The notes under the pieces are model-generated. The model was not told where the DNA came from. It did not search any database and worked only from the letters and a program-made list of their open reading frames with translations. This document shows positions 28,185 through 36,620 of a stretch of 37,656 nucleotides of DNA, in pieces. The position numbers were made by a program, and so were the translations under genes. The stretch is taken from the NCBI GenBank assembly GCA_964655235.1, contig CAZZLX010000003.1, forward strand, positions 1 to 37,656. Reading direction: 5' to 3'. This DNA comes from an uncultured Rhizobium sp. (lineage in GTDB: Bacteria > Pseudomonadota > Alphaproteobacteria > SHVZ01). Position 1 is the stretch's first letter. Every line of letters begins with the position of its first letter.

Positions 28185-29669
28185 TCAACCGGCCGGCAGC
28201 AGGAAGCGGAATACCGTCCCGCCGCCCGGATTCGGTTCCGCCCAGATGCGTCCGCCGTGCTCGCTGACGATCGACTGGCTGATCGAGAGGCCGATCCCCA
28301 TGCCGGTCTTCTTTGTCGTAGTGAAGGGCTTGAACAGGTTCTCGACGATCTCGGGCGAAAGGCCCGGTCCGGTATCGGCGATCGCCACCTCCTGCCGGTC
28401 GTCGGCGCCGCTGGTCCGGATCGCGAGCTCCCGCCGCTCGACGCCGCTCATCGCCTCGATGGCATTGCGCACCAGGTTCACGACCACCTGCTGGATCTGG
28501 ATCTTGTCCATGCTGATAGGCGTCAGGTCAGGCGCAAGGTCGTAGCTGATCGAGACACCGTCGAGTTTCGCGCCGACCGTTGCGAGGGCGGCTGCCTCTT
28601 CCACGACCATGGAGAGCGATTCCGGGGCACGCTCGACCTCCGTCTTCTCGACGTAGCTTCGCAGGCGCCGGATGATCTGTCCCGCTCTCTCCGCCTGAGC
28701 CGCGATCTTTCCCAGGAAGTCGACGACGCGGTCCACGGGCGGGTTCGAGGTCGTCATCATGTGACGGGTCGCGTCGCTGTAGTTGGCCACCGCGGTCAGC
28801 GGCTGGTTGAGCTCGTGCGCCAGCGAGGAGGCGAGCTGCCCCATCGCGCTCAAGCGGGCGATGTGCTGCATCTCGCCCGTCAGCTCGCGAACCCGGCCTT
28901 CCGCCTGACGCAGGTCGGTCGTGTCGCGTCCGATCGTCGAGATCCCGACGACCTCGCCCTTGTCGGTGCGGATCGGCGAGAGGGTCAGCGACATGTCGAG
29001 GACGCGGCCGTCCTTGGTCACGCGCTGTGTATCGTATTGAGCGATGACTTCGCCCCGGCACACGCGCCGGATGAGGTCGTCGACCTCGCCCTTCCGTTCG
29101 GCCGGGGAAAGATCGGAGATCGGCCGGCCGATCATTTCTGCAGCGGTGTAGCCGTAGGTCAGCTCGGCGCCCCGGTTCCAGGCCGTGACGATGCCGCGCA
29201 GGTCCTTGCCGATGATGACGTCGTGCGAGGACTCGACGATGGCGGCCAGCCGGTCGCGATCCTGCTCGAATTCCTTCTGCCGCGTGAGATCGTGGATGAT
29301 TCCGACGAAGATGCTCTGGCCGCCCTGATGCCCTTCTCCGACCGAGAGGTACATCGGAAAGACCGAGCCGTCCTTCCGCCGCCCCGTGACCTCCCGCCCC
29401 ATGCCGATGATCCGGGGCTGCCCGGTGGAACGATAGGCCGCGATGTAGCGGTCGTGCTCCTCGTGATAGGGCGACGGCATCAGCATGCGGATGTTCTGGC
29501 CGATCACCTCCGCCGCCGGATAGCCGAACAGGCGCGCACACGCCGGGTTGTAGACCTGCACGATCCCTTCGGCGTCGATGACGATGATGCCATCGACGGC
29601 GGTCGTCAGCAGCGCGTCGAGCTGAGCACTTTCAACGTCTCGGCGATCGTCGGACCCGATCCTGATCAT
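28185..29669 (-). CDS. fixL: Heme-PAS oxygen-sensor histidine kinase FixL (cytoplasmic, two PAS domains)
   Basis: Heme-PAS signature LMPSPYHEEHDRYI..IIGMGREVTGRRKDGSVFPMYLSVGE. H box LAHELNQPL, then NLVRNA, DTGPG and GMGIGL. No TM segments. Confidence 0.92.
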   Translation of the reverse strand: MIRIGSDDRRDVESAQLDALLTTAVDGIIVIDAEGIVQVYNPACARLFGYPAAEVIGQNIRMLMPSPYHEEHDRYIAAYRSTGQPRIIGMGREVTGRRKDGSVFPMYLSVGEGHQGGQSIFVGIIHDLTRQKEFEQDRDRLAAIVESSHDVIIGKDLRGIVTAWNRGAELTYGYTAAEMIGRPISDLSPAERKGEVDDLIRRVCRGEVIAQYDTQRVTKDGRVLDMSLTLSPIRTDKGEVVGISTIGRDTTDLRQAEGRVRELTGEMQHIARLSAMGQLASSLAHELNQPLTAVANYSDATRHMMTTSNPPVDRVVDFLGKIAAQAERAGQIIRRLRSYVEKTEVERAPESLSMVVEEAAALATVGAKLDGVSISYDLAPDLTPISMDKIQIQQVVVNLVRNAIEAMSGVERRELAIRTSGADDRQEVAIADTGPGLSPEIVENLFKPFTTTKKTGMGIGLSISQSIVSEHGGRIWAEPNPGGGTVFRFLLPAG

Positions 29670-29779
29670 GGAACGATCCTAACGTTGTAGGTCCCAGGCC
29701 TTGGTCGACCCAGCATGTTATCGCGAGTTTGAATTATTTTTAACCGGCGCCCGAAACGGAAGCGGCGAGGCGCTGCGGG

Positions 29780-29793
29780 TTGAGGTGGATCAA
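29780..29793 (+). promoter_or_regulatory. FixK/Fnr box between divergent fixL and the L,D-transpeptidase gene
   Basis: TTGAG-GTGG-ATCAA, centred about 58 nt upstream of ATG 29845. Confidence 0.75.
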
Positions 29794-29844
29794 GTTCCCT
29801 CGTCGCTCCGGCGAGCATCATCGCTCCGGAGTCGATCCAAGTCC

Positions 29845-30789
29845 ATGACCCGCGCATTTATCAATCGAAGAGACGGTATCCGACGTCTTTGCCGAATCGC
29901 GGCTGGCGGGGCGATCCTGAGCGTTTTGGGGGTGCAGCGCGTCCATGCCCAGATGCGCAACGATGTGGTCGGCCGCTTCGCGGTCTGGGCCGCGAGGGCC
30001 GAGGACACGCTGCTCGACCTTGCGATGCAGCATGGTCTGGGCTTCGTCGAGATCGTCGCGGCCAATCCCGGCGTGGATCCCTGGCTTCCCGGCACCGGGA
30101 CCGTCATCTCTCTGCCCTGCGCCCATCTGCTGCCGGCAGCGCCTCGGCGCGGGATCGTCATCAATCTCGCCGACCAGCGCCTCTATTTCTTTCCGACCGC
30201 GGGCGCCGTCCAGACCTATCCGATCGGCATCGCGGCGGACGGGGTCGCGATCGACGTCGGCCTCGGCCGCGTGATCCGCAAGCGCAAGGACCCGGTCTGG
30301 GTACCGCCGGCATCGGTCAGGGCCGAAGCGCCGGAGCTGCCGCTGTCGGTGCCTCCGGGCCCGGACAATCCGCTCGGGGCCTTCGCGCTCGATCTCAGCT
30401 GGACGAGCACGGCGATCCACGGGACCAACAACCTTTACGGCGTCGGGCGGCGTGTCAGCCACGGCTGCTTCCGGCTGTACCCGGACGACATCGCGGCGCT
30501 GTTCCCGCAGGTCGCGATCGGGACGGAGGTGCACATCTTCGATCAGCCGGTCAAGTTGGGCTGGTCGGAGGAGGGACTTCTGCTTGAGGTGCATCCGACA
30601 CTGGCGCAGGCCGACGAGATCGAGGCTCACGGCCGAGCCGAGCCCGTGGACCTCCCGGATCTGGAAATGCTGGTCATGGAAGCCGCCGGCGCGATGGCGG
30701 ACGATCTCGACTGGAGAACTCTCAGGCGCGTGGCCCGCGAGCACCTCGGCATTCCGTTCCCGATCCTGAGATCGGGCCGCGACCGATAG
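29845..30789 (+). CDS. L,D-transpeptidase, ErfK/YbiS/YcfS/YnhG family
   Basis: Signal peptide with RR pairs ending VHA-Q. LysM-like EIVAANPGVDPWLP, catalytic IHGT..SHGCFRL, and C-terminal QPVKLGW..LEVH. Confidence 0.92.
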   Translation: MTRAFINRRDGIRRLCRIAAGGAILSVLGVQRVHAQMRNDVVGRFAVWAARAEDTLLDLAMQHGLGFVEIVAANPGVDPWLPGTGTVISLPCAHLLPAAPRRGIVINLADQRLYFFPTAGAVQTYPIGIAADGVAIDVGLGRVIRKRKDPVWVPPASVRAEAPELPLSVPPGPDNPLGAFALDLSWTSTAIHGTNNLYGVGRRVSHGCFRLYPDDIAALFPQVAIGTEVHIFDQPVKLGWSEEGLLLEVHPTLAQADEIEAHGRAEPVDLPDLEMLVMEAAGAMADDLDWRTLRRVAREHLGIPFPILRSGRDR

Positions 30790-30792
30790 CCT

Positions 30793-31347
30793 CTAGACGG
30801 CTGGCCAGAGCACGACCGGCTTGTGCCGTGTCGTCGGCGGCGAGACGGACGCGGGCTTGCCGACGATGACCGGCGCCACCGGGACCTGATCAGGCAGCAG
30901 GCCCAGAAGCGACCGCGTCTGCGGCAGTTCGAGCCACGGTCTGGCGGTGCCGATCCAGCAGGTCCCCCAGCCGCGGCTGTAGGCGGCCAGCATCAGGCCG
31001 TGCGCGGCCAAGCAGCAATCCTCCGCGGCCTGGCGCGACGGCGGCCTGGCGCAGACGATGATGAGGCAGGGCGCACCGTAGAAGATGTTGTGCGAAGGGT
31101 CCTGGAGCACCGTCCGATGAGACGCATCCGTCGTCGGCAGGGACAGAAGGGCGCGCTTCGCGAGGGCGGACATCCTCTCCAGCCGCTCTTTTCCCTCCAC
31201 GACCACGAACGACCAGGGCTGCAGGTTCATCGCGCTCGGCGATGCGGCGGCCGCCTCGATAAGGCTCAGGATCTCCGCGCGGGAGACCGGCTCGTCGGTA
31301 TAGGCCCTGACGGACCGGCGCCCCTTGATTGCCTGCATCAGCTCCAT
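30793..31347 (-). CDS. Nitroreductase family protein
   Basis: AIKGRRSVRAY, SPSAMNLQPWSF and GTCWIG. An alternative GTG at 31425 overlaps the lipoprotein stop. Confidence 0.9.
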   Translation of the reverse strand: MELMQAIKGRRSVRAYTDEPVSRAEILSLIEAAAASPSAMNLQPWSFVVVEGKERLERMSALAKRALLSLPTTDASHRTVLQDPSHNIFYGAPCLIIVCARPPSRQAAEDCCLAAHGLMLAAYSRGWGTCWIGTARPWLELPQTRSLLGLLPDQVPVAPVIVGKPASVSPPTTRHKPVVLWPAV

Positions 31348-31421
31348 GCCTTCCGACTCCGAGGTCGAGGCTGGGATTTCAGGCTGACGCCGAAAGGAAT
31401 CCCGGCGGCAGCCCGTGTCGG

Positions 31422-31748
31422 TCACGGCGTCGTCTTGCGCTGGGTGCGCCGGAACATGCGATCAGCGCGCTCGGCGGCCGCCTTGGCGTTGTCGGCGGCA
31501 CTCGAGGCTGCGCTCGACGCAGAACGGGCGGCGTCGGCGCTCTGGCCGGCCGTGGCCGAGGCTCGCGCGGCGGCCTCGCTTGCGCTCTTGGCGGCATCGG
31601 CGGCGCGGTCGGCCGCGGCCTTCGCCTCGATCGAGGTCTGGCGGACGCTTTCCAGCAGGGCGCGGTCGTCCTGGCTGAGCGTGGTGCAGGCGCCGAGCCC
31701 GATGACCGGCAATGCCAGAGCGAACACCCTCACGAATGAGCGAAGCAT
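31422..31748 (-). CDS. OprI/Lpp-like alanine-zipper lipoprotein
   Basis: GGAGG RBS, lipobox LGA-C21, Ala-rich heptads, and C-terminal AERADRMFRRTQRK resembling the OprI end. Confidence 0.8.
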   Translation of the reverse strand: MLRSFVRVFALALPVIGLGACTTLSQDDRALLESVRQTSIEAKAAADRAADAAKSASEAAARASATAGQSADAARSASSAASSAADNAKAAAERADRMFRRTQRKTTP

Positions 31749-31805
31749 GCGGAACCTCCGAAACAGATAGTGCGGTCAGCGTATGGCCGGCGGCGATCCG
31801 CTTCG

Positions 31806-31819
31806 TTGATGTAGGTCAA
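31806..31819 (-). promoter_or_regulatory. FixK/Fnr box for lipoprotein-nitroreductase
   Basis: TTGAT-GTAG-GTCAA, centred about 65 nt upstream of ATG 31748. Confidence 0.85.
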
Positions 31820-31859
31820 CAGCGGATCGGGCCACGTGCACGGAAGCGTGAGCGCCGCG

Positions 31860-32336
31860 CTATCGCGCCGCGAGGCCACGCTCGATGCGGTGGGCCAGCG
31901 TATCGAGATGCTTGCCGAGGTCGCCGTCGGGAACCGGCGTCAGGTCCTTCGCAAGCTCGCCGACGACCCGCTTGCTGGTCTGGGTGTCGAGATGGCTCCG
32001 GATCTCGCCGAGAACCCGCGCCGGCGCCACCAGCACCAGCTCGTCGAACTCCGACGCACGCGAGGCTTCGTTGATGTCGGCGGCGGTCTTGTGCGCGAAG
32101 GCGAGCTTGGCCTGCCGGTGCGGGTCGTGCTTCGCTTCGGCCGCGTGCCGCGCCGACGACGCGCTCTCGCCGACGCGCCCGGCACGATCCGACATGATCT
32201 GCGAGGTCTTGAGCCTGGCCAGCCGCGACTCCGAACGGCTCACCTGATGATAGCCGCCGGTCTCGGCGTCGCGCCGGACGATGCGCGCGTGGGCGCCGTC
32301 GGCGATGAGGTACCAGATCTCGACATGCTTGGACAT
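31860..32336 (-). CDS. Host attachment family protein (bacterial aeRF1-like, baeRF12-type)
   Basis: GGAGG RBS. WYLIADGAHARI, SDRAGR, LVLVAPARVLGEIR and ELAKDLT motifs. Confidence 0.85.
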   Translation of the reverse strand: MSKHVEIWYLIADGAHARIVRRDAETGGYHQVSRSESRLARLKTSQIMSDRAGRVGESASSARHAAEAKHDPHRQAKLAFAHKTAADINEASRASEFDELVLVAPARVLGEIRSHLDTQTSKRVVGELAKDLTPVPDGDLGKHLDTLAHRIERGLAAR

Positions 32337-32399
32337 TTCTTCCTCCGGCTGAGGCATGACGCAGGGGAGAACAGCTAGCGCAGGTCGCGCGACAAGGGA

Positions 32400-32413
32400 T
32401 TGACGTGGATCAA
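32400..32413. promoter_or_regulatory. FixK/Fnr box shared by divergent genes
   Basis: GGGA-TTGAC-GTGG-ATCAA-TCCC extended palindrome, about 70 nt from ATG 32336 and 78 nt from ATG 32484. Confidence 0.85.
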
Positions 32414-32483
32414 TCCCCGGCATCGGCCCAGACGGCAGAAAGAAGAACGAACAGGCTCAGACACGCGCACCATCGGGAAGATC

Positions 32484-34112
32484 ATGTCCACGACTCCTAC
32501 GCATTCCATCACGCTGCAGTTCTGCGGCGGCGCCCATACCGTCACCGGCTCGTGCCTGCTGTTCAGGACACAGCGGGCCAAGGTGCTGGTCGATTGCGGG
32601 ATGTTCCAGGGATCGAAGACGCTGAAGTCGCTGAACTACGGCGCCTTCGCGTTCGATCCGGCCGAGATCGACGCCGTGCTCCTGACCCATGCGCATATCG
32701 ACCACAGCGGCCTTGTGCCCAAGCTCGTCACCAGCGACTTCCGGGGTCGCATCCTGGCGACCCGCGGCACCATCGATCTCTGCTCCTATCTCCTGCCGGA
32801 TGCCGGCTACATCCAGGAGAGTGAGGTCGCCGCGCTGAACCAGAGGAACGCGGCCCGCGGCCGCGCGCCGGTTTCGCCGATCTACACGAAGGCCGATGCG
32901 ATCGCCTCGCTGAATGCGTTCAGGCCGGTCGACTACGAGACATGGTTCACGGCCGCGCCGGGCGTGCGCGCACGCTACTGGAATGCCGGACATCTTCTCG
33001 GATCGGCGTCGATCGAGCTCGAGTTCGAGCCGGCAGCCGGAGGACGGCCGCTGACGGTGCTCGCCTCCGGCGACATCGGCCCGAACGGCAAGCTGTTCCA
33101 GCCCGATCCCGACGCGCCCTCCGGAATCGACTACGTCGTCTCGGAGTCGACCTACGGCGACACCGACCGCCCGGACGTGCGTCCGAAGGAGCGCCGCAAG
33201 CGGCTGGCGGACGAGCTCCGTGCCGCGCGGTCTGCCGGCGGCGCGCTCCTGATCCCGGCGTTCGCCGTGGAGCGGACGCAGGAGCTGCTTGTCGAGCTGC
33301 TCGACCTGATGGACAAGCACGAAGTGCCGGCCGCGCCGGTGTTCCTGGACTCGCCGCTCGCGATCCGGGCAACCGAGGTGTTCCGGCAGCACGCATCGAG
33401 TCTTGAAGGCGATTTCGATATCGACCGGTTGCTGGACTCCCCGCACCTGCACGCGACGGAGACGGTGGAGGAGAGCAAGCGGATCGCGCGCTTCTCCGGA
33501 TTCCACGTCATCGTCGCCGGTAGCGGCATGTGCGAGGCGGGACGCATCCGCCATCATCTCAAGCATTGGCTCTGGCGGCGGGATGCGACCGTGCTCCTCA
33601 CCGGATTCCAGGCGCGCGGAACCCTGGGACGTTTCCTCGCCGACGGTGCGTCGGCGGTCCGCATCCAGGGCGAGGAGGTCAAGGTCGCCGCGCGGATCCG
33701 TCAGCTCGACGACTACTCGGGCCACGCCGACGGCCCCGAGCTGCTCGACTGGATCACCCGCCGCGGGCCGATCTGGCGCGGCATCTTCCTCGGCCACGGC
33801 GAGCGCAGCGCCCTCGATGCGCTGCAGAAGCGCGTCGCCGACCGGCTCGGCGAAGATCCCGTCTGCCTCGTGCCGGAGCTCGACCAGCGCTTCGAGCTCG
33901 GCGGCGCCTCGCCGCGGCTGCTCGAAGGCGTGCAGCGCCGGCTTCAGCCGGAAGCGGTCGAGAACCTCGACTGGCACAACGAGATGTCGCGGCTCATCCT
34001 CGACATCAACCGGCGGCTCGAGGCCGCGTCGAGCGACCGCGAGCGCGACCAGCTGGTGCGAACCCTGCGCCAGGCGCTGGGAGGCGCTGATCCCGCCGCG
34101 CCGCGGGGCTGA
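32484..34112 (+). CDS. MBL-fold beta-CASP metallo-hydrolase (Ysh1/TTHA0252-like ribonuclease)
   Basis: VTGSC, DCGMFQG, THAHIDHSG, AGHLLGS, SGD, ESTYG, PAFAVERTQ, SGHAD and HGE motifs. Confidence 0.92.
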   Translation: MSTTPTHSITLQFCGGAHTVTGSCLLFRTQRAKVLVDCGMFQGSKTLKSLNYGAFAFDPAEIDAVLLTHAHIDHSGLVPKLVTSDFRGRILATRGTIDLCSYLLPDAGYIQESEVAALNQRNAARGRAPVSPIYTKADAIASLNAFRPVDYETWFTAAPGVRARYWNAGHLLGSASIELEFEPAAGGRPLTVLASGDIGPNGKLFQPDPDAPSGIDYVVSESTYGDTDRPDVRPKERRKRLADELRAARSAGGALLIPAFAVERTQELLVELLDLMDKHEVPAAPVFLDSPLAIRATEVFRQHASSLEGDFDIDRLLDSPHLHATETVEESKRIARFSGFHVIVAGSGMCEAGRIRHHLKHWLWRRDATVLLTGFQARGTLGRFLADGASAVRIQGEEVKVAARIRQLDDYSGHADGPELLDWITRRGPIWRGIFLGHGERSALDALQKRVADRLGEDPVCLVPELDQRFELGGASPRLLEGVQRRLQPEAVENLDWHNEMSRLILDINRRLEAASSDRERDQLVRTLRQALGGADPAAPRG

Positions 34113-34122
34113 TCCAGATCAA
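34109..34122 (+). promoter_or_regulatory. FixK/Fnr box for CBS-BON and pfkB
   Basis: CTGAT-CCAG-ATCAA (one mismatch) overlapping the MBL stop codon. Confidence 0.65.
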
Positions 34123-34183
34123 GGGCGGACCCGGCGAGGCCGCGCACACTGGGCTTGAGATCAATCCAAGCGGAGAGTTCCAC

Positions 34184-34888
34184 ATGCGTGCCGCCGACAT
34201 CATGACGACCGCGGTCGTCACCACGACTCCGGAGGCTCTGATCAGCGACGTCGCACAGGCGATGCTGCGCCACCGCGTCAGCGCCCTGCCGGTCGTCGAC
34301 TTCAGCGGCAAGCTCGTCGGCATGGTGAGCGAAGGCGACCTGCAGCGCCGCGCCGAAACCGGCACCGAGCGGCATCGTTCCTGGTGGCTCGAGCTCATCG
34401 CCTCGAACGCCGAGCGCGCCCACGACTTCGAGAAGTTCCGAGGCCGCCACGTGCGCAACGTCATGACGTCGGGGGTCGCGACCGTCACCGAGGACGCCTC
34501 TCTGGCCGAGATCGCCGAAATCCTCGAAACCAGGCACATCAAGCGCGTGCCGGTGCTGCGCGACGGCCACCTGGTCGGAATCGTCAGCCGCGCGGACCTG
34601 CTGCGCGGGCTCGCGGTCGCCAAGGGCAGCGACACCGCGCCGTCGCGTGACGACGCGGCGATCCGGCAGGCGGTTCTGGATGCGCTTGGTCGCCAGGAGT
34701 GGCTGTCCGTCACGCCGGCGCGGGTCCTGGTCGAGCACGGCGTGGTGCACCTCTGGGGACATGCCCTCAGCGAGGAGGAAGTCCGGGCGATGCGCGTCGT
34801 CGCCGAGAACGTGCCCGGCGTCCAGGAGGTCCTCAGCCACATGGTCGTCGTCCCCATGGCCACCTTCCAACCGGTCGGGACGTTCTAG
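34184..34888 (+). CDS. CBS-pair plus BON domain protein
   Basis: MRAADIMT, SALPVVD..LVGMVSEGDL and IKRVPV..VGIVSRADL, then a BON domain (GVVHLWG..AENVPGV). Confidence 0.9.
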   Translation: MRAADIMTTAVVTTTPEALISDVAQAMLRHRVSALPVVDFSGKLVGMVSEGDLQRRAETGTERHRSWWLELIASNAERAHDFEKFRGRHVRNVMTSGVATVTEDASLAEIAEILETRHIKRVPVLRDGHLVGIVSRADLLRGLAVAKGSDTAPSRDDAAIRQAVLDALGRQEWLSVTPARVLVEHGVVHLWGHALSEEEVRAMRVVAENVPGVQEVLSHMVVVPMATFQPVGTF

Positions 34889-34913
34889 TCCGGGCGAAGC
34901 AGAGGCCGGTGCC

Positions 34914-35849
34914 ATGGACGTCCTGACCGTCACGCCCAATCCGTCGGTTGACGTCTTCACGTCGACCGAGAAGCTGATGCCGTTCACCAAGCTCCGTTGC
35001 GCCGCCCCCCGATACGATGCGGGCGGCGGCGGCGTGAACGTCGCGCGCGTGGTGAAGCGCCTGGGCGGGAACCCCCTCGCCGTGCTTCCGGCCGGCGGAT
35101 CGTCGGGCGAGATGCTGCTCCGCCTGCTTGCCGGACAGGGTGTCCGGACTGAAGCGATCCCGTTCGATGGCGAGACCCGCCAGGACTTCACGGTTTTCGA
35201 CCGGACCGGCGAGAGCCAGTACCAGTTCGTTCTTCCCGGCCCGGACCTGCAGGCTGAAACCTGGCAGGCCTGTCTCGAGAAGGCGCGGAAGGCCGGGCGA
35301 CATCCACGCATCCTTGTCGGGAGCGGCAGCCTCCCTCACGGCGTCCCCGAGGATTTCTATGGACGGCTGGGCTCGATCGCGAAGGAGATCGGCGCGCGAG
35401 CGGTCGTCGACTGCGCCGGCCCTGCCCTGCGAGCGGCGGTGGCGAGCGGCGTGCATCTCATCAAGCCGAACCTGCGCGAGTTCCAGGAACTGATCGGCCG
35501 GAAGGTCGTGGACGAAGCCGGTTGGATCGCGGAGGGCAGAGCGCTCATCGCCGGCGGCAAGGTCGACTACATCGCTCTGACGCTCGGCGCCGACGGCGCG
35601 CTCCTAATCGGCGCCGACATCGCCGTTCGCGCCGACGGCATCCGGCTCAAGCCCGCCAGCGTGATCGGCGCCGGCGACAGCTTCGTCGGCGCGCTCTCCT
35701 TGAGCCTCGCCGCTTGCGATCCGATCGAGACGGCCTTCCGGCACGGTGTCGCCGCCGGCACGGCCGCGACGCTCAATGCGGGAACCGAGCTTTGCCAGGC
35801 AGAGGATGTCCGTCGCCTTCTGGCGCAGATCGCGTTGCGCCGAGTCTAG
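34914..35849 (+). CDS. pfkB: PfkB / 1-phosphofructokinase family sugar kinase
   Basis: TPNPSVD, GGGGVNVAR, IKPNLRE and GAGDSF motifs. Confidence 0.9.
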   Translation: MDVLTVTPNPSVDVFTSTEKLMPFTKLRCAAPRYDAGGGGVNVARVVKRLGGNPLAVLPAGGSSGEMLLRLLAGQGVRTEAIPFDGETRQDFTVFDRTGESQYQFVLPGPDLQAETWQACLEKARKAGRHPRILVGSGSLPHGVPEDFYGRLGSIAKEIGARAVVDCAGPALRAAVASGVHLIKPNLREFQELIGRKVVDEAGWIAEGRALIAGGKVDYIALTLGADGALLIGADIAVRADGIRLKPASVIGAGDSFVGALSLSLAACDPIETAFRHGVAAGTAATLNAGTELCQAEDVRRLLAQIALRRV

Positions 35850-35868
35850 GTTCGGGTGCGCCATCGGT

Positions 35869-35882
35869 TTGATCGAGATCAA
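35869..35882 (+). promoter_or_regulatory. FixK/Fnr box (perfect consensus)
   Basis: TTGAT-CGAG-ATCAA. Confidence 0.88.
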
Positions 35883-35915
35883 GCCGCGAGCCCCCCGGCT
35901 GGTCCAGACTCGACA

Positions 35916-36509
35916 ATGATGACTGGTTCTTCCCGAGCAAGTGCCGTTCCGCCTCGGGCCGCCGATGCCGGCGTCGCGGCCATCGAGATCCGGCTGTCCT
36001 CGCTTCAGCAGCTCTTCAACTCCTTCGATCCGTCGCCCTTCCACGACAAGGAGCTCGACCGCGAGGCGGAGAAATACATCGTCGGGTCGGTCGACGAATA
36101 TCCGCTGGCCCGGCCGCTCCGGCTGGTAGTCCGTCTTCCGGCCGAGCGTGTCGCGCCCGGCGACGCGGGCACCGTCCAGCAGGCCGTCGCCAACTATTTC
36201 ACCTATCGGGGCACCGAGGCGGCGCGGCGGTTGCGGTTCCAGCTGCGCGAAGGCCGTTTCGCGCTCGCGATCGGCCTGATGTTCCTCTTCGCCTGCGTCC
36301 TGATCCGACAGCTCGCCATGGAGCTGGCGGGGCCGACCGCATCGCAGATCATCTCCGAGGGCTTCCTGATCCTGGGCTGGGTCGCGATGTGGCGGCCGCT
36401 CCAGATATTCCTCTACGACTGGTGGCCGATCCGCCACCAGGCGCGGCTTTTCGCGAAGCTCGCGGCCATGCCGGTCGAGATACGCGGCGAGTGGCCGCTC
36501 GAGCAGTGA
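35916..36509 (+). CDS. Hypothetical membrane protein (two C-terminal TM helices)
   Basis: QLFNSFDPSPFHDKELD N-domain and GWVAMWRPLQIFLYDWWP. The ORF-track start at 35856 would contain the FixK box. Confidence 0.8.
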   Translation: MMTGSSRASAVPPRAADAGVAAIEIRLSSLQQLFNSFDPSPFHDKELDREAEKYIVGSVDEYPLARPLRLVVRLPAERVAPGDAGTVQQAVANYFTYRGTEAARRLRFQLREGRFALAIGLMFLFACVLIRQLAMELAGPTASQIISEGFLILGWVAMWRPLQIFLYDWWPIRHQARLFAKLAAMPVEIRGEWPLEQ

Positions 36510-36531
36510 GGTCTACCGGCGCCCTTCGACG

Positions 36532-36545
36532 TTGATCTGCGTCAA
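36532..36545 (+). promoter_or_regulatory. FixK/Fnr box
   Basis: TTGAT-CTGC-GTCAA, identical to the box at 22836. Confidence 0.85.
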
Positions 36546-36620
36546 GGCGAGCCCCGCGGACATTGCTACCGTATTGCCGACGGGCGACAGATTTGTGTCG
36601 CGTGTGCGAGGGAGCAACCG

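Noticed and set aside
29803-29829. TCGCTCCGG direct repeat before the ldt gene
   Set aside because: Only two GC-rich 9-mers, so there is no array or CRISPR structure.
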